A DNA stretch of 64,000 nt from an uncultured virus (IMG/VR IMGVR_UViG_3300025845_000008) (lineage: Duplodnaviria; Heunggongvirae; Uroviricota; Caudoviricetes), in the IMG/VR virus record IMGVR_UViG_3300025845_000008, positions 1-64,000 of that record; one strand, 5' to 3'. Position numbers and translations under genes: made by a program. This document shows positions 30,635-40,494 of the stretch, piece by piece. Numbering within the stretch: position 1 is the stretch's first letter; every line of letters begins with the position of its first letter. The notes beneath the pieces were generated by a model. The model saw only the letters and a program-made list of their open reading frames with translations. It was not told the origin of the DNA and did not search any database.

Positions 30635-31684
30635 ATGGCTAGAAAACATTATTGGCAGTTTCTTGTTACAGATGAGGGTGTTCCAGTTGAAAATGCACAG
30701 ATATCGGTATATCTTGCAGGAACCAATGACCCCGTGTGGATTTACACAGATGAATTTAGTATTAGGGGTACTGCTATAGTACCACAAACAATATCAAGTC
30801 TTAAGGGTTATTTTGAGTTTTGGATTGCTGACGAGTCTGATACCTCACATGGGTATGATATATCAACAAAGTTTAAGATTGCTTGGTCTGCCACAGGAGT
30901 ATCAAGTGGTTACATTGACCATGTTGACATATTTTCAACTTTTATCCAAAAAGTTGATGTTACTGATGATAGTGATTTAATTAACAAGATGATTTCTAAT
31001 TCCTTAGCTAAAGGATGGGAGAGTCATAAAAACTCTGTTATAGTTGACGGTGAAATTCATGGTATTTCTAGTGTTAACACTGATAGCTCAGATGACGTTA
31101 TAAATAAATTGATATCAAACTATCAAGGTCATACATGGGAATTACATTCAAGAACTATGTATAATGGTGATGTATCGACTGCTATTTCACCTAATTTACC
31201 AACATCCGTACATGGCATAGAACAAGTAGATTTATCTGACACGGTATCAATAACAAAAAATAAATTAGTTTCCAATCAAATGGCTCGGTTATGGAATGAC
31301 CACGCGAATGATGTAACTGTTAATCCACACCCACAATATGTTGCTATAGATGGATCTACCTCATTTACAGAACCAGTTGGATATGCTGACAGTAGTATCA
31401 TCTATTCTGCATCACCTGATGATTTTGTCACACTATCATATGTAGATAATAAAAGATATGTAGAATATATACCATCATTGTCGTTTATGTATGATGCTAT
31501 AACTAAATCATATTACTATGATATAGTTCATGGTACAAACACTCAATGTCCCATCATCCAATGTTGGGATAATAGCACATCATATAGTATTGTCCCTGTT
31601 GGATACAAATGTATTAACGATGATACTGTTAGAGTTTTTATGTATACAAATACTATATCTTTGTTGGTGAGGGTTATAACGTAA
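30635..31684 (+). CDS. virion structural protein with three VD..D....NK.[IV]SN.....W..H repeats
   Basis: ORF with GGAG RBS; repeats and NPHPQY motif visible. Confidence 0.65.
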   Translation: MARKHYWQFLVTDEGVPVENAQISVYLAGTNDPVWIYTDEFSIRGTAIVPQTISSLKGYFEFWIADESDTSHGYDISTKFKIAWSATGVSSGYIDHVDIFSTFIQKVDVTDDSDLINKMISNSLAKGWESHKNSVIVDGEIHGISSVNTDSSDDVINKLISNYQGHTWELHSRTMYNGDVSTAISPNLPTSVHGIEQVDLSDTVSITKNKLVSNQMARLWNDHANDVTVNPHPQYVAIDGSTSFTEPVGYADSSIIYSASPDDFVTLSYVDNKRYVEYIPSLSFMYDAITKSYYYDIVHGTNTQCPIIQCWDNSTSYSIVPVGYKCINDDTVRVFMYTNTISLLVRVIT

Positions 31685-32040
31685 TGAGACTCTATAAGTA
31701 CCTTTCAATATCATCCGATGACGAAACGAGCGCCTTTCGATCACTAAATATTGATTTGGTTGATGAAGATACAGGTAATGTTGACCTTGTTAGGGTTGTT
31801 GCTAGTAGATACGGTCTTGATGTTGTCACTCTCAGTTTACTAGAAAGAGCTAATAAAGAGTTGAAGAAGATGTATAGAGGTAAGTTTAAATTTGATTTTT
31901 GTCTTGAGGATCAAGGATTTAATCCAGAAAACATAAACATAGATAAAAGAAAGGCGAGGCAGATAAAAGAAAAGTGGTTTAAGTTTAATAATGAATTGTC
32001 TGAGATACAGATGAATTTGGAAAAAAGTTTACAAAAGTGA
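31684..32040 (+). CDS. hypothetical protein
   Basis: 118-aa ORF coupled to upstream stop. Confidence 0.6.
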   Translation: MRLYKYLSISSDDETSAFRSLNIDLVDEDTGNVDLVRVVASRYGLDVVTLSLLERANKELKKMYRGKFKFDFCLEDQGFNPENINIDKRKARQIKEKWFKFNNELSEIQMNLEKSLQK

Positions 32041-32056
32041 TATATAATGATACTAT
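32027..32056 (+). promoter_or_regulatory. T4-type early (sigma70) promoter for gp55
   Basis: A-tract, GTTTACA, 17 bp, TACTAT. Confidence 0.65.
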
Positions 32057-32089
32057 ATGTGGTATTAAATATCATATATGGAGGAATAT

Positions 32090-32539
32090 ATGCCAGAAGG
32101 AACAGTTTCAGATGAAACATCTCATTATGTGAGGAATAAAGATCTCATACCTGAGATTAAGGAATTTAATAAATCAGGCAGAATATCAGAAGAATTAGGA
32201 AGAATGTTACTTTTGATAGCTAAAAATCTTTCCAATAAAGGTAATTTTATAAACTATACTTGGAAGGATGATATGATACAAGAAGCGGTATTAACCTGTT
32301 GTAAATATTTAAAGAACTTTGATTTAGAAGTATCAAACAATCCGTTTGCTTATATTACAACAATTTGTAGTCACGCATTTGTGAACTACATTAATAAACA
32401 AAAAAGACACAGTGATATAAAGGATACATTGTTTCATAATCGTATGGACATGGATGATGAATCATCCTCTTATAGATATAAGGCAATTGATTACACTGTA
32501 ATGTCGGATGATATAAAGAAGAAAAAGAATTCCAAGTGA
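32090..32539 (+). CDS. gp55: late transcription sigma factor
   Basis: HYVRNKDL, NFINYTWKDDMIQEAV, NFD...SNNPFAYITTI..AF..YI.KQK. Confidence 0.93.
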   Translation: MPEGTVSDETSHYVRNKDLIPEIKEFNKSGRISEELGRMLLLIAKNLSNKGNFINYTWKDDMIQEAVLTCCKYLKNFDLEVSNNPFAYITTICSHAFVNYINKQKRHSDIKDTLFHNRMDMDDESSSYRYKAIDYTVMSDDIKKKKNSK

Positions 32540-32560
32540 TGATCTCGGAGGAAAAAATTA

Positions 32561-35500
32561 ATGGCCGTTAACAGAATTTATGGCGCTATTTCAATAACAA
32601 ACAACCCTACAGGACTGACAACCAATCCAGAAAACGGTTCATTGAAGGGTATTAGTAAGGATATAATTTCCGATGGTGATATGGCTGTGGTTAGGGATAT
32701 CACCGGAGAATCCATTCATTTCTATACGTATGATGAATCTTCTAGCGCCATGGATGATAACGTTAAAGTCGTAAAACCGGAAGGCGGATCTGTTGGAAGG
32801 TGGTTAGTAACCTCGCCTAAGTATTTTGCTGAAAACATAATTGTTGACAGCGACAAGATGGTTCTTGTTAATAAAATAGCTCCTAATGGATCAAATCTTG
32901 TATTAAGTTATAACGGTACGTCTATTGATCTATCTATAGGATCATCTAACATAACCATAACAAAACCGCTAATAACAGATAAACAAATAACATCCACGGT
33001 CGTTGATGGTACTCCTGCATTTATTATATCAAGTTCTACTATGATCCCCAATTTAAGGGCTGAATATATAGGAAATACTTTACATAGTAATGTGTGGACT
33101 AAAGATGCATCTATTGCAGTTACAGGTGTTCCGGTTCTTGATGGTACATTAGATTCAATAACATCCATAACAAACGCAAGACATTTAACAACAAAAGATT
33201 ATGTTGATAATAAAATTTCCATTGTTAACTCTTCTTTTACAAAAGTACATAACAATCTTACAGGTCTAACTACAGGTGACCCTCATACCCAATATATGTT
33301 GGTAGATGGGTCAAGACCATTCAATAATAATATTAATTTCCCTAGAGTAAGCACGGATCTGGTAAACCCCATTAATACATATGATCTTGTTCATAAGAAA
33401 TATGTTGATGATAGGATTACTCTCATATCACAGGGAGATCTTTTTGTTACTGTTGACGGAAGTAGCATAGTAACCGCACCGATTTTATACGATGGTGCTG
33501 TTGATTTTTCTGCTTTGGATGCCCAAGATCAAGCCTTTGCTTCTGTTGATTATGTAAAGCAATCGTTTATCAATCATAATACCGGAATCACTCATACAGA
33601 GTACCTTATAAACAGTAGTAATGATACTATTGATGGTCATTTGTCCACGACACAGGCAGTAACTACAGCATCTAATCAATATATTACTAGAGGTGAGATT
33701 GATGCTTTCTTACGTGGAGTTTATAAAAACACTTACATGTCAGATTATTATATTGATATTGGTTCTGTTGTATATAATTCAAATATTGTAAGAAAAGATA
33801 GACCACGATCTGATAGTAATTATACATTCTCAAAGTTAGAATCATCAGGTTTAAATCTTGTGAGCTATGAATATCTTAGATCAAAAATATATAACATATT
33901 ACAAGGAAGTCCTGATGTAATCATAGGTGATGTTTTACGTTCTACCCTTATTAGCGGTAGTGATGGATACCTTAATGGTTCTGATGTAACTGTTCGTGGT
34001 GGCAGTGGAACTGGTATGGTTATTAATATAACCACTGACGGATCTGGAACTATAACAAGCTATAATATTGTTGATAGTGGAATGAATTATGTTGAACTTG
34101 ATACTGTATATGTAAATGGTACAAGTGGTGGATATGTTGTGGGGGATATCGTATCGGTTGATTCTTCGTTAAATGGCATTGGTGGTGAATTACGGGTAAC
34201 AGAGGTTGATTCTTATGGAAAAGTTATACAAGTTTCTGTATCCTTGTCAGGAAGTGGATATCAAGATGAAACGTGTACAACAACAGCTATACAGGGTCAA
34301 GGAACGGGTCTGACTGTTGATATAGTTGAAATTACGGTAGATGGACTTCTGTCGACACCAGAGGTAAGTATAAATCAATCAGGTGATGGTGACGGGAGAT
34401 ATAAAGTTGGTGACACAGTACGTTTGGTTGGTGGTAACAATGATACCGTTATAACTATTGATACTGTATTAGAATCAGGAGAAGTTACCGATTTTACAGT
34501 TACGAATGGTGGCACAGGTGGTATCTCCACAGGAACATACACAACTACATCGTTGTCAGGCGATGGTTTGGGTTTGACCTTTGATGTTGTTGATGGCGGG
34601 GACGGCATAGTTCAACAAGGTGAAATTAATATAAATGTACCCGGAACTGTACACGCATCGATACGACTGGACGAAACGGTTCGTGGTGCTTATCATTCAT
34701 ATCTCATTGGTAGTGGTGTGGGTGATGATCATACTCAATATATGCATATTGATTGTAGAAGAGGTTTTGATAATTCATTAAATTATCCACGAGTCAATAA
34801 TAGTAGTATAGAACCAACACAGCCGGGAGATCTCATAACTAAAAGTTATTTTGATAGTCGGGCGGGTTTATCTCAGAAATACCCTCATTACTATTTTACA
34901 CAGAATGTTGATACCTCTAATGACGAATCTAAAGAAAAGGTTAGAAAGGATTATGTTGATAGATATGTAGGATTATCCCTTGTATCTCCCACAGACAAAC
35001 ATTTTGACTATCTGTCAGAATCTTTTGTTGGTAATGGATGGGTTGGGGCATTGGATTCAACTTATAATGATGGTTCTGATAATGGTATCATTATAACAAA
35101 TAACTTCAAAAATTATGGAACAATTGTTAATTTTAATTTGATCAATGGTGGTAGTAATTTATTATCTATTAGTGCTGAACTAGATAGAATACCTTTAAAT
35201 TATCCAAGAAGTATTGGTGATTCTTCAACTTCGAGTGCCGAGGGTAGTGGCTTGTCCGTTGATACTACAATATCCGATGGATATGTTACCTATGTATCAC
35301 TTACGTATGGGGGTACGTCATACACTACTAACGGTTCTGGAGTATCAACGACAAGTTCTGGGTCTGGAATGGGTCTTTTGGTTTCGATTGAAAGTGATGG
35401 GAATTCTGTCACGAAAGTTACCGTGGATTCGGGAGGTTCAGGATATGTCACGGACGATGTTGTTTCTATATCAGGATCAGGTAATGGTGATGCAACTTTA

Positions 35501-36985
35501 GTGGTACAGTCAGTTTCGGATGGGGTTGTGACTGGTGTATCTATTAATGATGGTGGTGTTGATTATTCAGTTAATGATGTATTATCCATAGGAAATGTTG
35601 TAGGTTATAAAAATGGGGACACTGTAACTGTTGATGGAGGTACTACATTAGCATCTATTACTATAACAGGGGTTACCCCTTATGGTGATGTATTAACATT
35701 TACGGTTACGGATGGTGGTACAGGATATTCTATGGGAACAGATATATCAACAACAACTACTTCGGGTTTAGGTATTGGATTAACTTTTGATATAAATCCA
35801 ATTGATGGTATTTTAAGTACCGGTAGAGTTACTTTATCTAATAAAGGTACGTTAACAAAGTGCTTGGCTAGAGTTACATCGGCTGATGTTAACGGTACTG
35901 TTTCATCTTTGTCAATTATTCATGGTGGATCTGGTTATGCTTCACTGACAGAAGAAACAACAACTGGTATTGGCTATCCAACAATGGATATTTCAGGTAT
36001 AAATGTTAATCGAACAGAAACAAGTGTTGTTTTAGATGAATCAGGTGGAGGAGGAACAACTCTTGGTATAGTTCCGAGAATTATTGGTTCGATACAATTT
36101 GTATCTATAATTAATAGTGGTTATGGTTATCAGGTTGGTGATACAATTGATTGGTCAGGTGATGGTTCTTATGGTACATGGAAAGTTTCTGGTGTTGGAC
36201 CAGAAGGTCAGATATCGAAAGTATCAAGGCTATATTCTTCCGTATCTCAATGGTCAACCATTTCCATGAGAAGCATATCAACGACAAATGGTTATGGTGC
36301 CGTGGTAAAACCATACCTTGTTGGGTCAATTTCTGATTTTATATTAGAAGGAGGTTCCGGTTATGTGGCTAACAATTTTACTTATGATCCAACTAACTCA
36401 ACAAATGATGGGTTCTTTTGGTCTGGTTATGGAACCGCCGCAGGTGATACTAATTCAACTTCTACTAACTTTACGTTCCTTAACCAGCGAGATGAAAGGT
36501 TGGAGATTGGTCATTATGGCTCAGGTACTCTTGAGTCGAATGTCGGAGGAAGTGGTAGTTTCACTGTACCAGCAAGTTCGTCTATAACCGGAGTTCAATT
36601 TGATACATATGGTCATATAACAAACATATTAACCGGAATAACAACTATATCAGAATCTTGGTCTAAACAAACCAGTGATTTCGTATCCTCATTCGGATAT
36701 GCGTATTTTGTTGATACCAGTTCTGGTGCTATTACTGTTCAGTTGCCAGATACCGTTTCAGGTACAATCTTACCATCTATAGGGGATATTTTAATAATTG
36801 ATGATTATAAAGGCTCATCATCTGTTAATAATATAAAGATTCGAGCGCATGATAATGATGGAGGATCTAATAATATAATTATTGAGGGGGTGTCGTCTCA
36901 AGATTTAATTTTAGATGTTGATGGTGCTAAATTAACAATGATTTATGTTGATGCTGTTTATGGATGGAGATATAAAATATCATAA
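32561..36985 (+). CDS. long tail-fibre-like protein
   Basis: 1474 aa; HLTTKDYVD, DPHTQY/DDHTQY, many GGSG.G...G.GY repeats; C-term YFVDTSSGAITVQLP module. Confidence 0.75.
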   Translation: MAVNRIYGAISITNNPTGLTTNPENGSLKGISKDIISDGDMAVVRDITGESIHFYTYDESSSAMDDNVKVVKPEGGSVGRWLVTSPKYFAENIIVDSDKMVLVNKIAPNGSNLVLSYNGTSIDLSIGSSNITITKPLITDKQITSTVVDGTPAFIISSSTMIPNLRAEYIGNTLHSNVWTKDASIAVTGVPVLDGTLDSITSITNARHLTTKDYVDNKISIVNSSFTKVHNNLTGLTTGDPHTQYMLVDGSRPFNNNINFPRVSTDLVNPINTYDLVHKKYVDDRITLISQGDLFVTVDGSSIVTAPILYDGAVDFSALDAQDQAFASVDYVKQSFINHNTGITHTEYLINSSNDTIDGHLSTTQAVTTASNQYITRGEIDAFLRGVYKNTYMSDYYIDIGSVVYNSNIVRKDRPRSDSNYTFSKLESSGLNLVSYEYLRSKIYNILQGSPDVIIGDVLRSTLISGSDGYLNGSDVTVRGGSGTGMVINITTDGSGTITSYNIVDSGMNYVELDTVYVNGTSGGYVVGDIVSVDSSLNGIGGELRVTEVDSYGKVIQVSVSLSGSGYQDETCTTTAIQGQGTGLTVDIVEITVDGLLSTPEVSINQSGDGDGRYKVGDTVRLVGGNNDTVITIDTVLESGEVTDFTVTNGGTGGISTGTYTTTSLSGDGLGLTFDVVDGGDGIVQQGEININVPGTVHASIRLDETVRGAYHSYLIGSGVGDDHTQYMHIDCRRGFDNSLNYPRVNNSSIEPTQPGDLITKSYFDSRAGLSQKYPHYYFTQNVDTSNDESKEKVRKDYVDRYVGLSLVSPTDKHFDYLSESFVGNGWVGALDSTYNDGSDNGIIITNNFKNYGTIVNFNLINGGSNLLSISAELDRIPLNYPRSIGDSSTSSAEGSGLSVDTTISDGYVTYVSLTYGGTSYTTNGSGVSTTSSGSGMGLLVSIESDGNSVTKVTVDSGGSGYVTDDVVSISGSGNGDATLVVQSVSDGVVTGVSINDGGVDYSVNDVLSIGNVVGYKNGDTVTVDGGTTLASITITGVTPYGDVLTFTVTDGGTGYSMGTDISTTTTSGLGIGLTFDINPIDGILSTGRVTLSNKGTLTKCLARVTSADVNGTVSSLSIIHGGSGYASLTEETTTGIGYPTMDISGINVNRTETSVVLDESGGGGTTLGIVPRIIGSIQFVSIINSGYGYQVGDTIDWSGDGSYGTWKVSGVGPEGQISKVSRLYSSVSQWSTISMRSISTTNGYGAVVKPYLVGSISDFILEGGSGYVANNFTYDPTNSTNDGFFWSGYGTAAGDTNSTSTNFTFLNQRDERLEIGHYGSGTLESNVGGSGSFTVPASSSITGVQFDTYGHITNILTGITTISESWSKQTSDFVSSFGYAYFVDTSSGAITVQLPDTVSGTILPSIGDILIIDDYKGSSSVNNIKIRAHDNDGGSNNIIIEGVSSQDLILDVDGAKLTMIYVDAVYGWRYKIS

Positions 36986-37012
36986 AAAATAAATGATTTA
37001 GTTATATTCACA

Positions 37013-37020
37013 TATAAATA
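37013..37020 (+). promoter_or_regulatory. T4 late promoter TATAAATA
   Basis: exact consensus, intergenic, 48 bp before the first radical SAM gene. Confidence 0.7.
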
Positions 37021-37068
37021 CATTTATGGTATTATTTTGTAAATAAAGAATCGGGAGATATTTAAGTT

Positions 37069-38193
37069 TTGAAGTCATTAACAGTTGAATATGTTATAAC
37101 AGAACAATGCAATCTTAATTGTGAATATTGCTATATGAAAAATAGTAATACATATATGGATCTCGAAGGAACCCTTCATTTTATCGAAAATGTCCATAAA
37201 TTAATGGAAGTATATGGTAGTGATAAATACAATATATCATATTTTGGCGGAGAGCCTTTAATGAATTGGGGGTTGATTGAAAAGTCAGCCCCTTTATTCA
37301 AACAAGACCCTAGATGTGAACATCAGATAATAATAAGCAACGGTCTTCTTCTTGATGAAAATAAAATAAATTTCATAAAAGAAAATGAGATTGGATTTTC
37401 TTTCTCCTTTGATGGATTGTGGCAGAATAAAAATCGTCCACATGTATCACACGAGGATGTGTTTTCATTATATATGAAAAAAATTCCCCTTGTAAAAAAA
37501 CTTGTCGGTAATGGTGGGGGTAAAGTTATGGTATCCCCTAGTAATATTGATACAATGACAGAAAATTTTGAATTTTTTGTAAACGAAATTGGAGCTTATT
37601 TTCCAGATTTCAGTCTAGTTCGAGATGATATTTGGAGTGAGGATGATGTAAAAAGGTTCAAGGTTGAGAGCCGGAGACTTGCTGATAGAATTGTAAAATA
37701 TTACGAAGACGGTAAGGCGGTTTTTGTTGGGTTTTTTGGATTACATCTCATCGATTCTATATTAGGTTATAATAAAGGTAAAAGACCTTTTGGGTGTTTT
37801 GCGGGATGTTCTGGTGTTGGTTATATGCCAGACAAACAATTTTATTTATGTGCCAGATACGGATCAGGTGATTCTGATAAAAGTGGTCTTATAATGGATG
37901 TTAATGGTAATTTAAATCATGATTTGATTAATAAATATTTAGATCCAAATATTCATAACCCTAAATGTTACGAGGAATGCAAGGCATGTGATCTGTATAA
38001 ATTTTGTAATGCTGGTTGTACTTATTCACAGACACGTGAAGATGAACAAGGTAATATAACAGCAAAACCAGTAAAAAATGTATGTGAATTATATCATATT
38101 ATACAAGATGATGTATTTTATTTACACGATAAATTAAAAGATAATAAGTTATATATTGATTGTATGGTGAATCGTTATGGTAAATACTTTTAA
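37069..38193 (+). CDS. radical SAM/SPASM protein
   Basis: CNLNCEYC, FGGEPL, CFAG...C...CKACDLYKFCNAGC; TTG start after GGGAGA. Confidence 0.92.
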   Translation: MKSLTVEYVITEQCNLNCEYCYMKNSNTYMDLEGTLHFIENVHKLMEVYGSDKYNISYFGGEPLMNWGLIEKSAPLFKQDPRCEHQIIISNGLLLDENKINFIKENEIGFSFSFDGLWQNKNRPHVSHEDVFSLYMKKIPLVKKLVGNGGGKVMVSPSNIDTMTENFEFFVNEIGAYFPDFSLVRDDIWSEDDVKRFKVESRRLADRIVKYYEDGKAVFVGFFGLHLIDSILGYNKGKRPFGCFAGCSGVGYMPDKQFYLCARYGSGDSDKSGLIMDVNGNLNHDLINKYLDPNIHNPKCYEECKACDLYKFCNAGCTYSQTREDEQGNITAKPVKNVCELYHIIQDDVFYLHDKLKDNKLYIDCMVNRYGKYF

Positions 38194-38205
38194 GGAGAAA
38201 ATGCA

Positions 38206-38562
38206 ATGAGTGTAAAAAATATGTCAGAAGTTGTTAGAAAAATGATGGATATTGTTAATTTAATGGAAGAATGCCCTAGTACTCCCGAAAAGGATGCTAT
38301 TGTAAACTCCATGCTTAAATTATCATCCATGGTATTGAATAATTTGATGAATGGAAAATCGCCGATGAAGAATGATGGGAAGTGTGATAATCCTGATTGT
38401 AAGTGTGGTGGCAAAAACAATCAAGACGGTAATGGGTGTAATGGTCATACAAGTCAAGGTGGTAATCTTAGGTCTAATAATATATTACCTTCTGTTGATT
38501 TAAATTCTACGATAGAGAAAATAAGAGAAGAAATTAAAAATAGTAAAAATGAAAAAGACTAA
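38206..38562 (+). CDS. small Cys/Gly/Asn-rich protein in radical SAM cluster
   Basis: AAGGAG RBS; KCDNPDCKCGG...GCNGHTS. Confidence 0.7.
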   Translation: MSVKNMSEVVRKMMDIVNLMEECPSTPEKDAIVNSMLKLSSMVLNNLMNGKSPMKNDGKCDNPDCKCGGKNNQDGNGCNGHTSQGGNLRSNNILPSVDLNSTIEKIREEIKNSKNEKD

Positions 38563-39370
38563 TATTATATATTTGACGACAAGATGTAACCTTGGATGTG
38601 AGTATTGTTACGAGTCAAGAAAAAATCAGATACAGAGTGATGTCACGAAGGATCAAATTGATGAGTTTATATCTGAGATAGAAGTTCGTGAATCAGAATA
38701 CAATCAACACACGGTTGTTATTATGGGTGGTGAGCCAACTATAGTTCCCGATATGGTTGAGTATATAGCAGAAAAAATGATTTCTTCTAAAAAAACATTT
38801 AATGTTCATATGAACACTAACGGTATATTATTGGATAATGATGACTACAGGAATAAATTTTATGACTTGATTGAAAGATCTTCTGATAATGGTGTTAGTT
38901 GGCTAGTTTTGGTTAGTTATGATTGGAAAAATAACAACAAGAGGAAATTTAAAAGCGGTGAAACGTCTACTCATATAGTGGAGAGTACTTTACGTAAACT
39001 TAGTAATGAGGATAGACAGTTCGGTATATCATGCACTGTTTCATATGATAACTGTGAAGAACTTATGGACTATAGCATTAATATATTAGAAAGATATAAA
39101 ATTGTTAGATTGGTTTTTTCTTGGAATTACCAGAATATATCGAATCATATAGGACCTGGTTATATAAAACAGTTACAAGAGTATTATGATCCGTATATGG
39201 CTGAATTACAAAGAATGTACGATGTTAATATCTGTGGTTTTAATGGAAAAACGTGTTTTGAATGTGGAAATTGTGCAGGAATAGATTATGATGGTAATTT
39301 ATATTTAAGCCCAACAAAGGGTATATTGATAGAACCATCTACAACTTTCAAAGAGTTTGATAGATTTTAG
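38549..39370 (+). CDS. radical SAM protein
   Basis: CNLGCEYC, MGGEPT, TNG; short C-term CFECGNC. Confidence 0.9.
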   Translation: MKKTNIIYLTTRCNLGCEYCYESRKNQIQSDVTKDQIDEFISEIEVRESEYNQHTVVIMGGEPTIVPDMVEYIAEKMISSKKTFNVHMNTNGILLDNDDYRNKFYDLIERSSDNGVSWLVLVSYDWKNNNKRKFKSGETSTHIVESTLRKLSNEDRQFGISCTVSYDNCEELMDYSINILERYKIVRLVFSWNYQNISNHIGPGYIKQLQEYYDPYMAELQRMYDVNICGFNGKTCFECGNCAGIDYDGNLYLSPTKGILIEPSTTFKEFDRF

Positions 39371-39388
39371 GAACAATAAGGATTATGG

Positions 39389-40483
39389 ATGAGAATATTT
39401 CATATAGATATAAATTCGACAAGACAATGTAATTTAAGATGTAAGTATTGCTATGAGGCTAATAATAGTCTTATGGAGAATGAGTCATATAAAGATCCTG
39501 AAAACTTCATCAAGTTCTGTAAAGATTTCATGGAGTCCGATTTCTTTAAGAGTAATTATGATGCAATTAAAGTAAATTTTTGGGGCGGAGAGCCTTCACT
39601 TAACAAAGAATTATTTAACCATTTAATGGATGAGTTCTTAGAAGATAATAGAGTTATCTTTTTTATGTTTTCTAATGGATTTTATATAGATGATTATTAC
39701 ATAAATTTATTTAAAATGTTACAGAAGATAAAAATTAATAGCGAACCTAAATTTGTCATGCAGGTCAGTTATGATGGTGAAATTATTCATGACATAGATA
39801 GGGTTGATGTTAAGGGTAAAGGTTCTTCTGAGAAGGTTAGACAAACTCTACAGAAGCTTATTGATAACAATATATATTATGTTATGAAAAGTACTATATC
39901 CCCTAAAAACTTTAAACACTTGTATGAAGCATATCTTGATGTAAGTAAATTTTTACCCCAAGGACGTAGCTACTTTCCGACGATAGATTTGCATCTTTCT
40001 TATGAGGAAGGTGATGATAGTTATAAACAACATGGTCAAGATTTATATGAGCAATTGATAAAAATATCATCATACCAAAAACAAAACGGATTGGATAATT
40101 TTGTGTTTTTCTTTCCCAATAAAGCATTGTGTGCTGCCGGTGTTAGTATGATAGCAGTGGATATTAATGGTAATATATTACCATGTCATGGGGCTTTATA
40201 TACCAATTATGATGAACATCTTATTGGTAATGTTTCGGACGAGGATGCTATTGATAAAGTTATAAATAGTTCAAATTGGTTTAAAGACTTCTATACAAAC
40301 GTTCCAGAAGAATGTAAAGGATGTACAAATAAGTTTTGTTTGAAGTGTAATGTTGTGAAGTATGAGCATAGTGAGAAAGATAAATATGAGGAAAAATGGA
40401 CTGATCATACCTGTCAACCTTATCAATGTTATTTTTTTGATATAATAGATTTGGTTAGTAGGGCACATAGAATGGTTAGTTAA
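39389..40483 (+). CDS. radical SAM/SPASM protein
   Basis: CNLRCKYC, WGGEPS, CAAG..PCHG..CKGCTNKFCLKC. Confidence 0.92.
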   Translation: MRIFHIDINSTRQCNLRCKYCYEANNSLMENESYKDPENFIKFCKDFMESDFFKSNYDAIKVNFWGGEPSLNKELFNHLMDEFLEDNRVIFFMFSNGFYIDDYYINLFKMLQKIKINSEPKFVMQVSYDGEIIHDIDRVDVKGKGSSEKVRQTLQKLIDNNIYYVMKSTISPKNFKHLYEAYLDVSKFLPQGRSYFPTIDLHLSYEEGDDSYKQHGQDLYEQLIKISSYQKQNGLDNFVFFFPNKALCAAGVSMIAVDINGNILPCHGALYTNYDEHLIGNVSDEDAIDKVINSSNWFKDFYTNVPEECKGCTNKFCLKCNVVKYEHSEKDKYEEKWTDHTCQPYQCYFFDIIDLVSRAHRMVS

Positions 40484-40494
40484 GGAATTTAATT

